A stretch of DNA of 64,000 bases, taken from positions 278,330 to 342,329 of the forward strand of contig NMRA01000437.1 of NCBI GenBank assembly GCA_002633005.1, in the 5' to 3' direction. Under the pieces are notes generated by a model. The model saw nothing but the letters and a program-made list of their open reading frames with translations, made no database searches and was not told the origin of the DNA. The position numbers and the translations under genes were made by a program. This DNA comes from Phoronis australis (Eukaryota; Animalia; Phoronida). The number at the start of each line of letters is the position of its first letter. The stretch's first letter is position 1. This document shows, piece after piece, positions 9,468 through 47,331 of the stretch.

Positions 9468-12400
9468 CCCTAGTCACCACCAACGTCATCCTCCCTACTC
9501 CACCAAAACAGTGTTTCGATCCCGAGCGTGTCGTCGCACAGATTTGTCGCCAACGGTTTCGTTAGTCTATTCTTTCTGTTTTTTTTAATTTGAGGGTACC
9601 TTGTTAGACGATAGCAACTGTACAAAATGTCGCAATCCTCAAACTGCGACAGTTTCTACAGACCTTCGTCCTACAAATTATGGTAATTTTTGATTGCCAA
9701 AATTTGAGGTTTGTGGAGTTGCATATACTGCCGCACCTTACGATTCACTGACAAACAATAACTGTTTGCATTCTAAACGTCACTCTTCACTGTCAATGTT
9801 TATTGTTTAACACCACAGCCCCATACCACTTCTGTGTCTTTATATCGAAATCGTGCATATCAGCCAACGTCGCAGTTTCCGCCAACCTCGTAAATTGTCG
9901 GCTTTGAGGTGGCATTGAACGGTTAGGCTGCAGCCGCGGCCAATTTGCACACCCAAAATATTAAGATTTAGGGGTAAACCAGGCTTGGGGGCATTTTTAG
10001 TTAAGTATTGTATGTAGGCCGAGTGAATGGGGTTTGTTTGTATTTGTGAATAAGCTGAGAGTGAAAAAGGACACTTTCTTGGCTGAAGCTGCTCTCTTCC
10101 TCAAGATGGTGGCCCCCTGTTGCAATTCTGCATTGCTGTGTAGCAACTGAGAAATTGGCCGCGATTTCAGGTAGTCCTCAAATAAGCCAGATTTGCAAAA
10201 AAACAGGTGGTTGACAGTACTTTTAGACCACAATTTTGGAATTGGTAGAAAATTTGCTTTCGGAATCTAATGTTGACTTTGGTCGAGCATCGGCAGGGAA
10301 GTGGTGGTTTTGGGGTGAAAAGTGCTGATTTTGCATTTTTGCCCTTATTTTTCTTAGTGTAGCTTTGTTTTCAGTGGAAGTGAAATGGTCAAAAATACAA
10401 GAGACAATAAAATTTCTGCGGTCATCTGAAGGGCTTTTGATGTGAAATGACTCAAAACTTTTCTTTATTTGCATGCATTTTTTGACAGAGTGAAGAAAGG
10501 GTGAAGAGTCCATTGTCGTGTGTCTTGATAGGCAAACCCCTGCAAGAACTGGTCTGTGCCTCCTTGCTACTGATTCGTCATAGTTATTTACTCCAGCGCC
10601 ATTTTGCCCACGACACAATTTTCCTCCATCTCTTAGTGCACGGTGGAAAGTGACATTGTACTTACATTTCCCACACCTCGGTCGTCACCCATTTTCATTG
10701 GAGCAGAACAACCCACCCAACCCCAATACTCCGGATTCTTGTGTCAACCAGTTACATTTTGCTACGATTTGAGCTCCGAACATCTGAACACACTGTAAAA
10801 ATTTGAGGATTACGACGGTCTGTGTAACCTCACAAACCACAAATGATAAATAGAGCTTTGAAGGTCTGCATAACAAACAGTAAAACTTCAAAGCCAAATC
10901 AATCATATTTTTCCGTTAGAATTTGTGGTTTGTGGCGATTGATGTTCGGACCTTGGAATTGCAAGCTTTATTAGTATAGTCACAAAGCGCAACGACTATT
11001 TTACGGTAAAGTCTTCGGTGGGTCTCGAGAGATAGGTGGCTCTTTTCACATGGAAATACCTGGCAATCGGGCCAACAGATAAAGTGAGATTCCAATGGAA
11101 AAACGAAGATTTTTAAGTCCTCGCTTTAACACGGTTATAAAATCATGTATTTGGTTTTGGGAAAAGTCATTCTGACGTTACATAAATAGAGTGCTACCTT
11201 AAATAAGACAGTCTACCTTAATACTATTAGTTTGAGTGCAACACAAGAGATACTTGTCTGCGCCTTTAAGTGAGGTGCGTGTAATTACGACAGTCAAAAC
11301 AGTTGAGTAAAATATTTTTTGGAAAAATATGTTACCGTGAATATAAAAGCATCAACATCAGATGAATGCATTCCGTATTTTTCACAGTATTTTAAAGAGA
11401 TTCGACAAATTTTGGCGAAGATCCGTGCAGTAGTCTACGTTTGACGACATTAACTAATAATTTACAAAAAATTGAACACGATTTTTTATTTCAAATGACT
11501 GATTATTCAATTTGGAAGCTATTGAATTTGATTTGAGTTTTTGCTATTACGGTGCAAATAGTAGTGCATGCCATCAAATTTCACAATGTCATACTGACAT
11601 CGTGTAACGGAATTAAGCCCCCGCTCCCTGCCCAAATTAAGAGAAATAACCTGTGTCCAAGATATAAACTTTAATAATGAATAGAACAATAATGGTTTAC
11701 ATAAGTAACGTTAGTTGCTTGTCGCCGCATCAAATAACACATATACAAACTTACCGTCACTATAGAAATTTCGTAGTGAGTAAATTTCACCTGCTCCACA
11801 TCGTCATGAACAATGACGCAACATAGAAGCACACTCCGCTATGATACACAAGAAAGACTCACTTTAGAAGGGCTCCACGTGATCCTTGCAGTGTATTTCG
11901 GCTTGTACACAAGGACTTTTGACAAACGTTAGAAAATACCTAAACAAAACCTTAAAGAAAAATCGCCGCCTGATGGGTATTTCTGCAGGTTTCTATACCG
12001 AGTCGACATCGCAAGAATTAAACCTGTCTGTATATTGATGCATCTCCAGTGCTCTATGTCTACTCCGGAGGAGCACCAAAAATCCGCGGGAATTTTTCTG
12101 AATGAGATAAACTGTTTGAATGAGATCCCCTCCAGATTTTGTTTACGGATTAGTATTTTGTATAGTACTCTCACGTATCTGTATGTACAAAGACATACAG
12201 AGTGAAGAATTACATAGCAGTCACAGACATGACATTCAACAGGTCATGAAGTGTGACAATACCCAAGGTTCAGAGCATTATTCTCGACTTTTGGCTTAGC
12301 GCGGTCTGGACGCAACCAAGCTGCTTCTTCATTACGCAGTCTTTCCTCGTTCAGTAGGAGTCGACTAGTGTACATGGAGGTAATTAACAAAGGTATCACC

Positions 12401-12828
12401 AACTTGATTGAAGCAACAAATTTCACCCTAAAGAGGTCGAAACAATTTTTGATTTAGGTCGTTTACAGTTATAAAAATGGTCCCAAAATGCTCCTTAGAC
12501 AAACTTGGGTTGAGTTCAGGGCTTGGAAAGAGTTTTCGGTTCGCTATTGCTTGAGACCAGACTAAAAATTTCAGATCACGTCTTAAAATGTTATGAGTTT
12601 CGTCTGAAGAAATAATGAACTATCAGGTATTTTCGATCCCAGAGATCACTTCTAACCTGAGTTTCGAACACGATAAGATCACTTATATGAGGGTACCGGT
12701 CTTAACCAAAACTTGAATTCTTAATGGACAGGGCGTGTTCAATGTAGCTTCAAATAACCTTTGCACAAGACTGAAGCCTAATGCAACCGAACATTGAGAC
12801 TTCGCAATAAAACGATCAACTGTCTTCA

Positions 12829-14395
12829 TTATAAGGCAGTAGCCGTCAGGAAACACGCCGTCTTTTGTCATTTCGTCTGCTTCTTTAATGTCCTTCTTGC
12901 ATTTGTTGTAGCACGTTATCTTAGATAACAGACGATCACACGGTTCCAAAGAATGCTTCAAAATCGGCAGGAAGTCCCACGTGCGTGATTTTTGCGGGAG
13001 ACATCCGGGCACTTTCATCTGGAAGATGTTGATTAGAACAATGGTAACGAAGACTGCTATCAGCTGAATTCCAACGCCCATCTGTACATACATGCCGCCA
13101 AAGGACAGTCCGAGTACAAAGGCTTGTAGAAGGAAAAACATTGCCATTGTATAAAAGATTGCAAACCATCGATATTTGGCAGTTGTATTTCCAAGCATTT
13201 TTTGCTAATTTTATTGGAATCTTCCTCAATGCCGTGATAGGATACCATATCACGATACCGAAGACATTGAACATCAAATGACAGAGGGCAATCTGAATGG
13301 CGTATCCAAGTGTTTGGGAGTCGGCGGCCAAGGGTTAATGGATACATTCTTTTCATATGTAAGACGCCCGTGCCCACCAGCGGTGTTATCGCGGAGGTGA
13401 AGATCGAGCTACTCTGCATCATCATTGTAAGTCCGGCTCCGACCAAAATGGCGACGTAACCAGTCAGCCACGAAAGGCAGCCTGATAATAAGAATAAACA
13501 AGAATTAGACATGAATTAACACATAGCCTCCACGTATCACTTGATGAGTGTTTCGAGCATCTATCAAAAGTAATCTGCGTTCAAATTCACGATTTGAAAT
13601 TCCACAAAGTATCATATGCTTACAATTAAAGGGGCCTTTCGCTGGTGTTCAGCTACCATTGATGGATTTTTAACCGAAAAGGTTTAATTTGAGCTTAAAA
13701 ACTTTATCACACTCCTGAATCGTTGCCAAATGAGCTATCAACTCAGGTTTCAGGCAACATTTTTGAATTTCTAGTTTTTAGGATTGGCCAACACGAATAC
13801 ACTTTGAAGCGTTTTTTTTAGTCGCGAATTGAACAGAGAAATAAATCAAGTTTCATTCACGGTGAGGAATATTAGAAGACCGATTCCATGAGCACTAATG
13901 GCTTAATTCATTTTTCGTCATGAGATCTAAATACAGAGGGAATGTGAATATCGATTGATACTCACAACGCTATCCATCTTTTCTTGGTGCACCACCCCAA
14001 AAGTAAAAATTAAGGTAAAAAATCCGTATTGAACTCATTTTATTTTGAAAAAAATCAATGTCATGTCGAAAGAGCATTATTTGGGATGAGGTTTTGAATA
14101 AAACCGCTTGCGTTAAGATCCGTTTCAAAGAGTTTTTAACAAAAAATGTAGCGTGAAGAGTGTCTTCAGGTGTTATACACATAAAAGTCAACTTCTAATA
14201 TGTGTTACTTGGAAAGTTGGCATTGACGACCTTCTTGAGAACTGACAGAAGCAATTTGTCCTTTGAAAAGAGAGTGGAGTACTTTGACAATAAGAAACAG
14301 GCATATGCAAAGGATACCCAATGCCATCACCAATAGGAGCGCTCCGATCACTGTATCGCCCCAAGTCTCGGCTACGTTCATAAACATATATTCAC
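12829..14395 (-). pseudogene. slc34a: SLC34 (NaPi-II) sodium-phosphate cotransporter pseudogene fragment, last two exons
   Basis: Exons 14395-14209 and 13481-12829 with intact splice sites. They encode LLLVMALGILCICLFLIVKVLHSLFKGQIA, WLTGYVAILVGAGLTMMMQSSSIFTSAITPLVG..YPLTLG, QIALCHLMFNVFGIVIWYP and LGNTTAKYRWFAIFY. Lesions: frameshift near 14243, deletion of the SNIGTT segment near 13330, an extra base in the A6 run at 13198-13203, and a frameshift before the C-terminal TAL-stop (TAA 12831-12829). Confidence 0.85.
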
Positions 14396-15751
14396 CTGCA
14401 AATAATCAGAGACAAATCGAGATTATCTTCTTTGAAAGGATAAATATCAGCACAGGAAACAGTGGCTCGGTGACGAGAACTACTGTACATTCGGGAATGA
14501 TTTTTATATTCTTGGCTACGTAATGGGTAGCCCATTATTGTTGAGAGCATGTATGCAAATGGCAGCACTGCCAAGAGAGCTCTGTTTCTAAAGCTCTGTA
14601 TGATTTTTCCTGCGTATGTGTGTATAACGTCACGGTCATGCCTGCCATGACAGCGTTTTTAATATTGACGGTGACATCGCTGCAAACTATAATTGCATGG
14701 TCTCCTATGTTAATTTTATTCATATTAATGACAATTTCTACCATTTTTTAATTTTTGGGAAATCACGTGTCATTTTCTTTTTGCAATTGGAGCCCCAGTT
14801 CACATCTCACGCAAAAATACTTAGTAATTGTTATATACCTTGTTTTAGGACTGTTTCTCCGTCATTTTAGTGAATGGCGCCAAAAGATAAAAGTCGCCAA
14901 TATTCGATGATTGCCTTTTTTCAAAAGGAACAAATAGTGTTGTACAGTTTCACTTTCGCGCTTCTCTTGTACGAGTAGAATTCAAGCACTAAGAGAGTGG
15001 CAATTTGAAAATAAATACAAAGACTGAATTTTTTTGATTGGCAAATCATATCATACGGTACAAGTCAGACGCGCCTAACAAACTAAAGGTTATAATAAAA
15101 TAAAAGGTAATGAGCATGTGGAGCGCTCATCAACGCATTACAGCCAACAAAATAGCTTACCAACTCAACCCAAAACTCGTCTGTAAATCAGTATTTACAG
15201 ACAAACTCGGGTATGTAGTTAACCCTTGAAACACAATTTTGGTCACATTTTGGAAATTTAGATAGAGCTTATGGTAGTTGCAAGGAATAAATGAAGCATA
15301 ATAAAATGAACTTTTCCCAAGACTGAATCATAAAGAAAAGCTAATCGTAGCCTTAGGACTAGCGCAGAAGTTACGAGGTACGATCTTAGTTGCCGGTTTC
15401 AATCAACCATAGCTGAGCTTACCAACGACTATCTCTAGTTTGTCAAATTTCGTTTTTTCAAAATGTTAGATCTCAGCTACATGTACTTGAGGCAGATCCC
15501 AGGGGAAACAGACTGAGGAATAATGTTTTTGCAAGTGCCCTTTTTAATAACAAATTTCATTAATTTGGAATTGCGAATTCTTGTTTAGGAAGCGTGAATA
15601 AATCAGAAGATAGCAATATTATAAACCAGATATGTTTTGAAACAGATGTGAAGTAGTATAATCCAACTGTCTTTGAAAACCGTCACCTGCCACTAAAGTT
15701 TATACATGTAAGTTTATATAGACACTTATAATCTGGATTCGCATTTTAATA

Positions 15752-15786
15752 GTGTGTGTGTGTGTGTGTGNTGTGGGTGTGGGTGT
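15752..15786. repeat. (GT)n microsatellite
   Basis: gtgtgtgtgtgtgtgtgtg run. Confidence 0.9.
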
Positions 15787-17169
15787 CTGACAGATGGCAC
15801 CAACTGCTGTTCATTTTCTGTTTATTGAAGTAACAGATCTTTTCGTACCAGAGAGATCTGCCGTTGGCATCTATGTGGTCATCCATTTTATGTTTTGATT
15901 GAAAAAAGCGGCTGCTCACAGATCGAGAGAGGTTACAATAATGGAACCGGTTACCTCTGTATTCCGTTTTTTTAATTGTACATGTTTTTGTTGCGAAATG
16001 TTCCTATTTGGAAGTCGTTCGATGATGGAATTAGCCTTCCCTGTTGCATATGTCAAGCAAATTGCTGGGAATCAGGTTTTTATGACCGTGTACAGTGTAC
16101 ATGTCTAACGGATTAAGGCACTAAAAGTACTGTGCACAGGCATGTTAAGAAGGCAAAAATTATGGGTGATTGAGGCACAACCTCTTTTCCGTCGCCGCGA
16201 CCTCGACCGCCATTCATGTTGAGAAAGCTCACTTTATGCAGGGTCACACGTCGATGGAATGAGCTGTCACTATTTTCCAAGCTTAATGATGTTTCCTCGT
16301 AAGGTATCCCATGTAAGATGAGACCCTCTTTCGGTGTAGACGTTCGGGTGAATTGTCCCTGAGTTCATCCATACATGGAAATCCGATACTGCCAAGTATT
16401 TTCGAGGGGAAGCTGATATTCATAATTCATCAAAAACAAAACATTTGTGTACAGGACAGCAGTATCAAGACAATCGACTCAAACAACCAAAAACTGTGAA
16501 AAACATTGACCGCCATCAAAAAGATAGAATTTTGAAGAGCGTGACCACCACTATTTGTGAAATACATAAAGGTAATACTTCCGGTGGTTACTTATAAAAT
16601 AACATTACTTTTTCCTACAGTTTCAAAAGAATAGTATTTCTTTTGAAGATCGTTCGTTACTAGGAGTTGTTTTTAAAGAATTTGCACATGTCGAAAAGAC
16701 TATCATGACCTTGCACATGTGGAATGGGGGTATACATTCAAATTACTTGCAATCATAAACAAAAATTTTAGCGTTGTTTGGAGTTCAATTTTAACTTTAA
16801 CTCGTGCACCGTTATAGGTACAACTGGAATGAGCAACCATACACCTTAATAGGAATGCTCTGTCTCCCATGTTCCCCGGCTACTCGTCAAAAATCTTTCA
16901 GCATTCCTAGCTGTTGAAATAATCCACAACATTCCGTTTTGATAAACAAATTCGTTGGTGTCTTACTTAGATGTTTGTGTTAAGGTACCTACGGAAACCG
17001 ACAGATCCGCAGATTAGCTTTGGCAATCAGTAGCTATTCTTGTATGAATTCATGATGTTTCGTTGAATTTGATTTTAGCTTAAAGTAGGAAACACTCTAT
17101 AATCCTGTCCCCAAATGGAAAGTAAACTGAGAAGATTTTTGCCTATCAAAAATGAACAAGTCCCAAAGA

Positions 17170-17740
17170 ATTGATGAAATTCGGACAGTTCCCAAAAGTA
17201 TACTCAGATTTCAGATGACAATAGATGCATTGCCTTTTTACTTAGGTTTGACATTTGTTGTTTAAACTCAAAAACAGAAGGTCAATTAAAACTTAATTTA
17301 GTCATTAAATCAAGGATAAACGCATTGCTCATAGAATTTATTGTTGGTTTCCGATTGACATGTTTATGAATCTACAAAAATTGACTGATTGATCGATTAT
17401 TTTTTAATAATTAGAGGCTAATTCCCAGCTGTAAGACATGACTATGGCTCACTGAACTTAGTTGTGTTCTGACATTGGGAAAATTAGGTCTAACACCAGA
17501 TCCCCAAATAACAAAGCACACTAAACGACTTCTGTCTAACTGAAATATGTTTCGAAGATATTGATGAATGTCGGACAGCTTTACAAAGTGTCTCAAAATG
17601 TTATCGGAATTCAAATGACAATAAATTATTTATTGACTTTGAAACTAGGTTATTGGTTTAAATTTACAAACCGTAGATCGCAAAAGAAGTTTAAGTCCTT
17701 AAATAAATGAAGTCAAACTCATTGATCATCAACTTGAAAA
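17170..17740. repeat. Degenerate direct duplication, period about 390 bp
   Basis: tcggacagttcccaaaagt...ttcagatgacaata...tttaaactcaaaaac...cattgctcat (17176-17331) vs tcggacagctttacaaagt...ttcaaatgacaata...tttaaatttacaaac...cattgatcat (17570-17729). Confidence 0.5.
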
Positions 17741-18129
17741 GGTTGTCTTTGCACTTTCTTGATGTTTTTTTGTTTTCAGTGGTATGGCGCAACTGAATCG
17801 TTTGCTTGCATTTCCAGTACATACTACACAGACAGACCACGTCATGACTGACGGGACCACGTTAAAAGGTTCAACCATGCAGTAGGCCCGCACACAATCT
17901 TAGTTATCACTGGAATTTGAACTCCTGGCGTTGATGTGTGTACATTTTTTAACACTCTGTATCATTTTCTCAAGCCAGCAGAAACAGGACTACCGGATGT
18001 GTGTGGGGCAGTTTGTGACTTCACCTTTGAAATTCAAAGTTTGCCATGTTATTGCATGATAACGTTACTGTGCCGGCTTCCGTTAGTTTTTATTCAAAAG
18101 CTATGGTCACGAAACCCGCCGAATCAAAT

Positions 18130-18380
18130 ACAGATTGGTCAGCAAAAGATAAAATGTATGTCGACGTCTAGTGAAAACGTGCGTGACCAACCAAATTCGC
18201 AAGGAACTGGCCTTACGGACAGCAACTGACTTATGGACTGCCTGTCACCGTGAGGTCACGGACTCCGATATTGGTAAACAATGTTGACCTATTTAATGTG
18301 ACCTTGGCAAGTCACGTGATATCCACAACGAACGCGCCATTTTGGAAAATGGAGTGAAGACGCCGCGAAGCAACCCGAAA
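18130..18380 (+). promoter_or_regulatory. Probable KAT7 core promoter / 5' UTR
   Basis: Relatively CpG-rich. Contains ATTGG (CCAAT) boxes at about 18134 and 18270, E-box gtcacgtgat at 18311-18320 and a YY1-type cgccatttt at 18335-18343, just upstream of the ATG. Confidence 0.45.
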
Positions 18381-32576
<14,196 letters not shown>

Positions 32577-35500
32577 CAGTGCAACAAGATACTGTTGGTA
32601 GATGATGTGTAGCAATTTTCAAAATGAACTGGTCAGAGTTGAGTCGAGCTTTGTCAAATCCTGCCAAACTTTAACGCACTAAATGCCAAAATGCTTAAAA
32701 TGGAGTGGACTTATTGTCAATAATAAAATAGCTTCGTTGTCAAATTAGCTGATACACATTATCATTTATCCATGTGAAGTATTTGATATGCAAATTATTC
32801 ACCCATTTAAAATGTTGCAAACCACCACATGCATACTTTCAACATGTTAGCATGCTGCTGAGACTCTTATATACTGTTTTTATTAACTAATTTGCATGAA
32901 TTTTACCGTCGTCAAATAAAATAGACTATGACACAAAAATAATGATATTCTTTCCAATTCGAAATTTATATCAGTAATTTTTACCTTTCAGTGACACAGC
33001 AGCTTGCTCAAAATTGTGACCTATTTTCCCAAATATTTGTATCGGTACTGTGGAATAGTTAATAAGGATATTCATTTACCAAGAAAATGTTTTTACCAAC
33101 ACTAAGCTTTAACATATTTTGTAGAAAGTAACTTGACAAAATATATCTTCGTTTTAAATTGCCCCTACAAATTGAGAAAATATTCACAACTTTATCAAAA
33201 ATGCGAATTCAAATTATTTAATATCCTGGGCTGAGGAACTCGAAGAGCAGACTTGACAAAATGAACTGCGACGGGAGGCTAAACTACCTGTAGGACTGAA
33301 AATTAGCAAATAAACTTTATTCCTATAAAAAGTAGGTTGCTAAACGCAAAGGGACGCAAGGTACTGCCGGAGCAAGAATTGTCAAATGATAGCTGCATAT
33401 CAACAAATGACTTTAAATACCCTATTATGTAGTGTCATCTTATACCGAGTGCCTTCTCCAAAAGTGCCACAGCGGGATTGAAAATCGTACTGTCATCACA
33501 AACGCAGCACTTGACTACTCTGAAAGTTTCTGACGTGAAAATGTGTACGGACAACAGAGTGTGTTTACCCAATGGAAAAACAAAGCATGTGCAGTTGGTC
33601 GTTCATGGTGGTATGTCACACAGGATAGCCAGTGGCTCATTAGATCACTGCCACATCATCCAGAATTTCAGTATGGTCTCAATTGTCAATCCCAGGTCTC
33701 ATTTCATAATAAAAAATGGTGGTTTGTAACACTTTATGGCCGTGATTATAGCATCAACTTTCGTCACTGACTTATTTGGTCTTCCAATTCTTGGTATAGA
33801 GACGGGCACAAAAATGTTGTAGAAGCCCTTTAGTCAGAATTGAACATTTCTTGTAAGGAAGTAATCATTTTTGCCTTCAATTTTTTTCGAGTCTTCTGTA
33901 GGTTTTTGAAAATGCTGTAGTAAATCATAATTTGAAAGTGTCACTTTTTGCAACATGTACCAAATTAATATTGTATCCAGCATTACTTTTGGAAGGGTCT
34001 AAATATCCACTCGAAACTTAACTAAAAAATTACCAATGGCATGACACGCTCAAGTTAATTTATTTGCAAATAATGCCACGCGAATGCTTAAATTTAGAAT
34101 TCGTACAATCTGAATTTAGTTTAGACCCAGGGTTTTGTTCTATTGAAGTTCTACATCACGATAAATAGTGCGGTATGCATGAATAGTGAATTGCATTTAG
34201 TTCTCAAGGTTACGGTAACCTTTCTGAATGGATAAAATAATATGTGTTTGACGTATGTGATTGTTATGCTGGTGTTTGAGTAGTTCAGTAGAGTGTAACT
34301 TGATGTGCACACAAAGGGTTTGTTTATTATTTTGTCAGACAGATGCTCAAGAGCTCTCTTTGTGAGCATTTTTTGCAATTTTCTATTCAAACATTTTAAT
34401 ATGTAGTCATCTAGCTATGCCATCATTTACAGTTAAATTATTCAATATTGAACCTGTTTTCAATAAATGCATTGTACGGTATATGGTGTACTCGTTTAAT
34501 TTTCTGCTTGTAAGATTTACTTACTGGTATCCTAAACTCCGTTATTAAAATCATGCGAGTAAAACACTGACTTTGACGGTTGAGATGGACATATATTAAA
34601 TAAACCGACGTATATTAAATAAACAGACGTATATTAAATAAATGAGCACAATTAAAATATATAAGTGATCAAAAATGAACAAGAAATATATAACCCGTAA
34701 CCTAACCAAAGACAATAAAATATGTGTCCTCCATAGATGTATCACGGTGCAACATTTACTAGAGGATTCATTACTTGTAATCAGAAACTATGACTTCAAT
34801 TTTGAATTGTGAGGAAAACTTAAAAAGCCAACTCGAGTTCACAGTCACCTGTCACATCTGATGAGTTTTAAAGGACAATGAACTTATAAATTCCGAAGAT
34901 AATTGTGTTCAGTTGATCTTGCATTGAGCGTGGTTTCGTGGACTGAAAATCTGCATATATCCAAATGAGATGAACCACTTTAAGGCAATTAAATTGGCAA
35001 AACAGCACCCGTGAGGTTTCCCCTAAACATGTATTTGCATGTTACTCGCTATGCTGATGCATAGCACCAACTAAGCGACCATGCTATTTGAACATCATCT
35101 ACCCTAAATAGTGTACAAAAATTTATGGACAATTTGTAAGTGTGAAGACAAAAAAATCTGCAAATAGGTGACCTTTGCACTAACAATGTACCTTGGAGGC
35201 TAACAGCCCGCATCATACAGTCTTATTCCCCAACACCAGGTCATGATCTTACTGGCTACGTTTGAGTATGGCCGATCATTTTCGACACAAAACTCATTCT
35301 TAAAAACATTTGGCAATTTTCAACCTACTTCATATTAACTTCATTGCTATGTTTTGTGTTCCTAACTATTTTGACCAAGCAATCACAGAGATAAGGAATT
35401 ATCTTGCAAGTTCCATTCTAACTATGAATGCTCCCACGTTGGTAAACAGTTTTCTGTTCTCAAACCATTCTGATGATCAAAAAAGCATCATGCCCTTTCC

Positions 35501-36169
35501 CCATTAGCGCCATCTGTTGACTCTTAAAAGAGGCTTTTAACCCACTTTTAATCAAAAAGCAATTTTTCGTAGAGATCACTAATTGCTACGAAATTGGGAT
35601 CAATAGGTGTTTGGAAAACATTAACCGTTGTAGCTCAAGACCAGACTCTACCAGCTGACTTGTTGCAGGGTGTCATTTTATTCGACGAGCATAATCTCTA
35701 GCAACAACGAGTCGTCAGTTCCTTACAAGAACAATAATTCTCACCAGAGTGAGAAACAATCTGAAACCCATCAGCAGCAAGTGATCTGAATCAAATTTTT
35801 TTTTCGATGCCTCAAAGTTAAATACTTCAGTAAAGATTGGCTTCGAAGCAATACATAACCAAAACCAACTGTTCTGTAAATGCTTTTAACACAAACGGTC
35901 ACAATTTTTGCCGATGACAAGTCAGGTCGTCTAGGAGACATCATCCCGACAAGCAATGGTCTGCTAAAGAGATGTTAGCTCAGTACCCACAGAGGGCGTC
36001 ACTTGGATTGGAAATCCAGGACGAGTAGCAAATCAACACCATTATACGCCAAAGTGTGCAGTTTTAAGTTGCTTCATATGCAGTGAAACAATTCATTATT
36101 ACAGCGAAACCGATTAAAATGGAAAAAAATAAATATTGGGTGTAGCACGACAACAGAATTTTTTAAAGG

Positions 36170-36281
36170 TGACATTCAACAGCTGGTAATAGGCGGATGT
36201 AAGGTGTCTGCATTTTGAGAACCAGTTTTCTCCACTGAATAACAGGCATCAAACTGGTTCTCAAAATGTGGGCATGTTATA
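36170..36281 (-). repeat. Short hairpin-forming interspersed repeat, copy 2 (inverted relative to copy 1)
   Basis: cattttgagaaccagttttctccactgaataacaggcatcaaactggttctcaaaatgtgggcatgtt. Confidence 0.8.
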
Positions 36282-36716
36282 TCTGTCTAATTGTTTTATT
36301 ATAAAGCGCCTTTATTGAAGTCGGTGTTTTGTAGCAGATATCTTTTCCTGACCGATCAGATAAAAACTGTGTGTGCTCCACATCAATCAGGTTTGACTCG
36401 TAACAGAACAAGCATGACTAATATACATCAAGCTGAAAAGAAAAGTCAAACAGCCATAGTGCACCCAAAGCAATGGTTAGCTATCTTTATCATCAAGACC
36501 AAAATGGTTTGACATGATAAGTCCAGAGGCGTGTTTATAATTAATTATGACTAAAATACACAAATCAATCTTCCAATGGAGAGCTTTTGAAATTTTTGTC
36601 TTCGCGTTTCAAAAATGTTTCTCTCAATAACAAGTATATTTCTACACCTAATTGTACATCAGATTAAAAACATACTGGCGAAGTTAAAAAACAGTTAATG
36701 AAGTTCACAGGTCTGC

Positions 36717-36990
36717 ATGCCACCTTTTGGCCACATCACATGACTAAATGAATATCAGTCTGAACAGGTTTCTACTCCCCAAAGTCGGGACCTTCCGTTA
36801 AACGCGCAGACGCTCCAGTTCACTAAGCCATTGGGACCACCTGTCGAATACAGAAATCCACTCAGACTTAGCAGTCTTTGAACTCATAGGTGTATATAAA
36901 TGTGCACGGAGAACAGAAGGTCACCGTCAGAGCAGAAATCTATTCAGACAAATATTCATAAGGTCACGTGATGTGGCCAAAAGGTGGCAT
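36717..36990. mobile_element. MITE (274 bp) with about 60-bp imperfect TIRs
   Basis: atgccaccttttggccacatcac (36717-36739) is the exact reverse complement of gtgatgtggccaaaaggtggcat (36968-36990). The imperfect match continues inward (atgaatat..gtctgaa.ag.tttct). Confidence 0.8.
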
Positions 36991-37568
36991 AAAGTTCAGA
37001 CTTAGAAATGTTTGAGCTCTATTAAATTCTACACCAGTTTAAGATTTAAATACCAAAGCATAAATAATGAAGTAATGTCAATCCTGTGTTGACAAACAGC
37101 AAGGTTGAGTTTCCAAACTGAATCTAAATTAGGAAAAATTCTTTTTAAAGCTGCCACGAACAACAAATCGTAACATAGTTCCCACAAACGGTCACATATG
37201 TCACGCAACCATTCATAAGGACAGTCTTGATCTATTGGAAATTTGGTACAAGATAAAATGGTTTACACAATATCAGTAAGACACAGAGAATCTCGCTCAC
37301 CAATTTCAAATGAGAATAATTGCCCAAAATCCACTTTTTTCACTTTTCAAGAACTTCTATCGTCATTGTGAATGTCCAAAACTTTTCAAAATAGTCTCTG
37401 TTGTTAGCTATGGTACTAACATCATTCTGACACTGCATTTAATATGAAAATAACATTTCACCTGTCTGCCACATTGTGTACTAAATTAGTGAGATTTCAC
37501 TGTAACTACAGCACACATAAATTATTTCGAATTACGAAACCGCCAGACTACAAGCACAACAGTAGTCC

Positions 37569-47331
<9,763 letters not shown>

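Noticed and set aside
10223-10790. 131-aa minus-strand ORF with an upstream CxxC
   Set aside because: No recognisable domain or consistent splice structure. Possibly a TE remnant, but unsupported.
16180-16430. GC-richer exon-like minus-strand stretch with one in-frame TGA
   Set aside because: Not SLC34-like and no recognisable family. No SECIS evidence, so selenoprotein or pseudo-exon calls are unsupported.
34592-34642. 19-bp tandem repeat, about 2.5 copies
   Set aside because: Ordinary short tandem duplication with no further structure.
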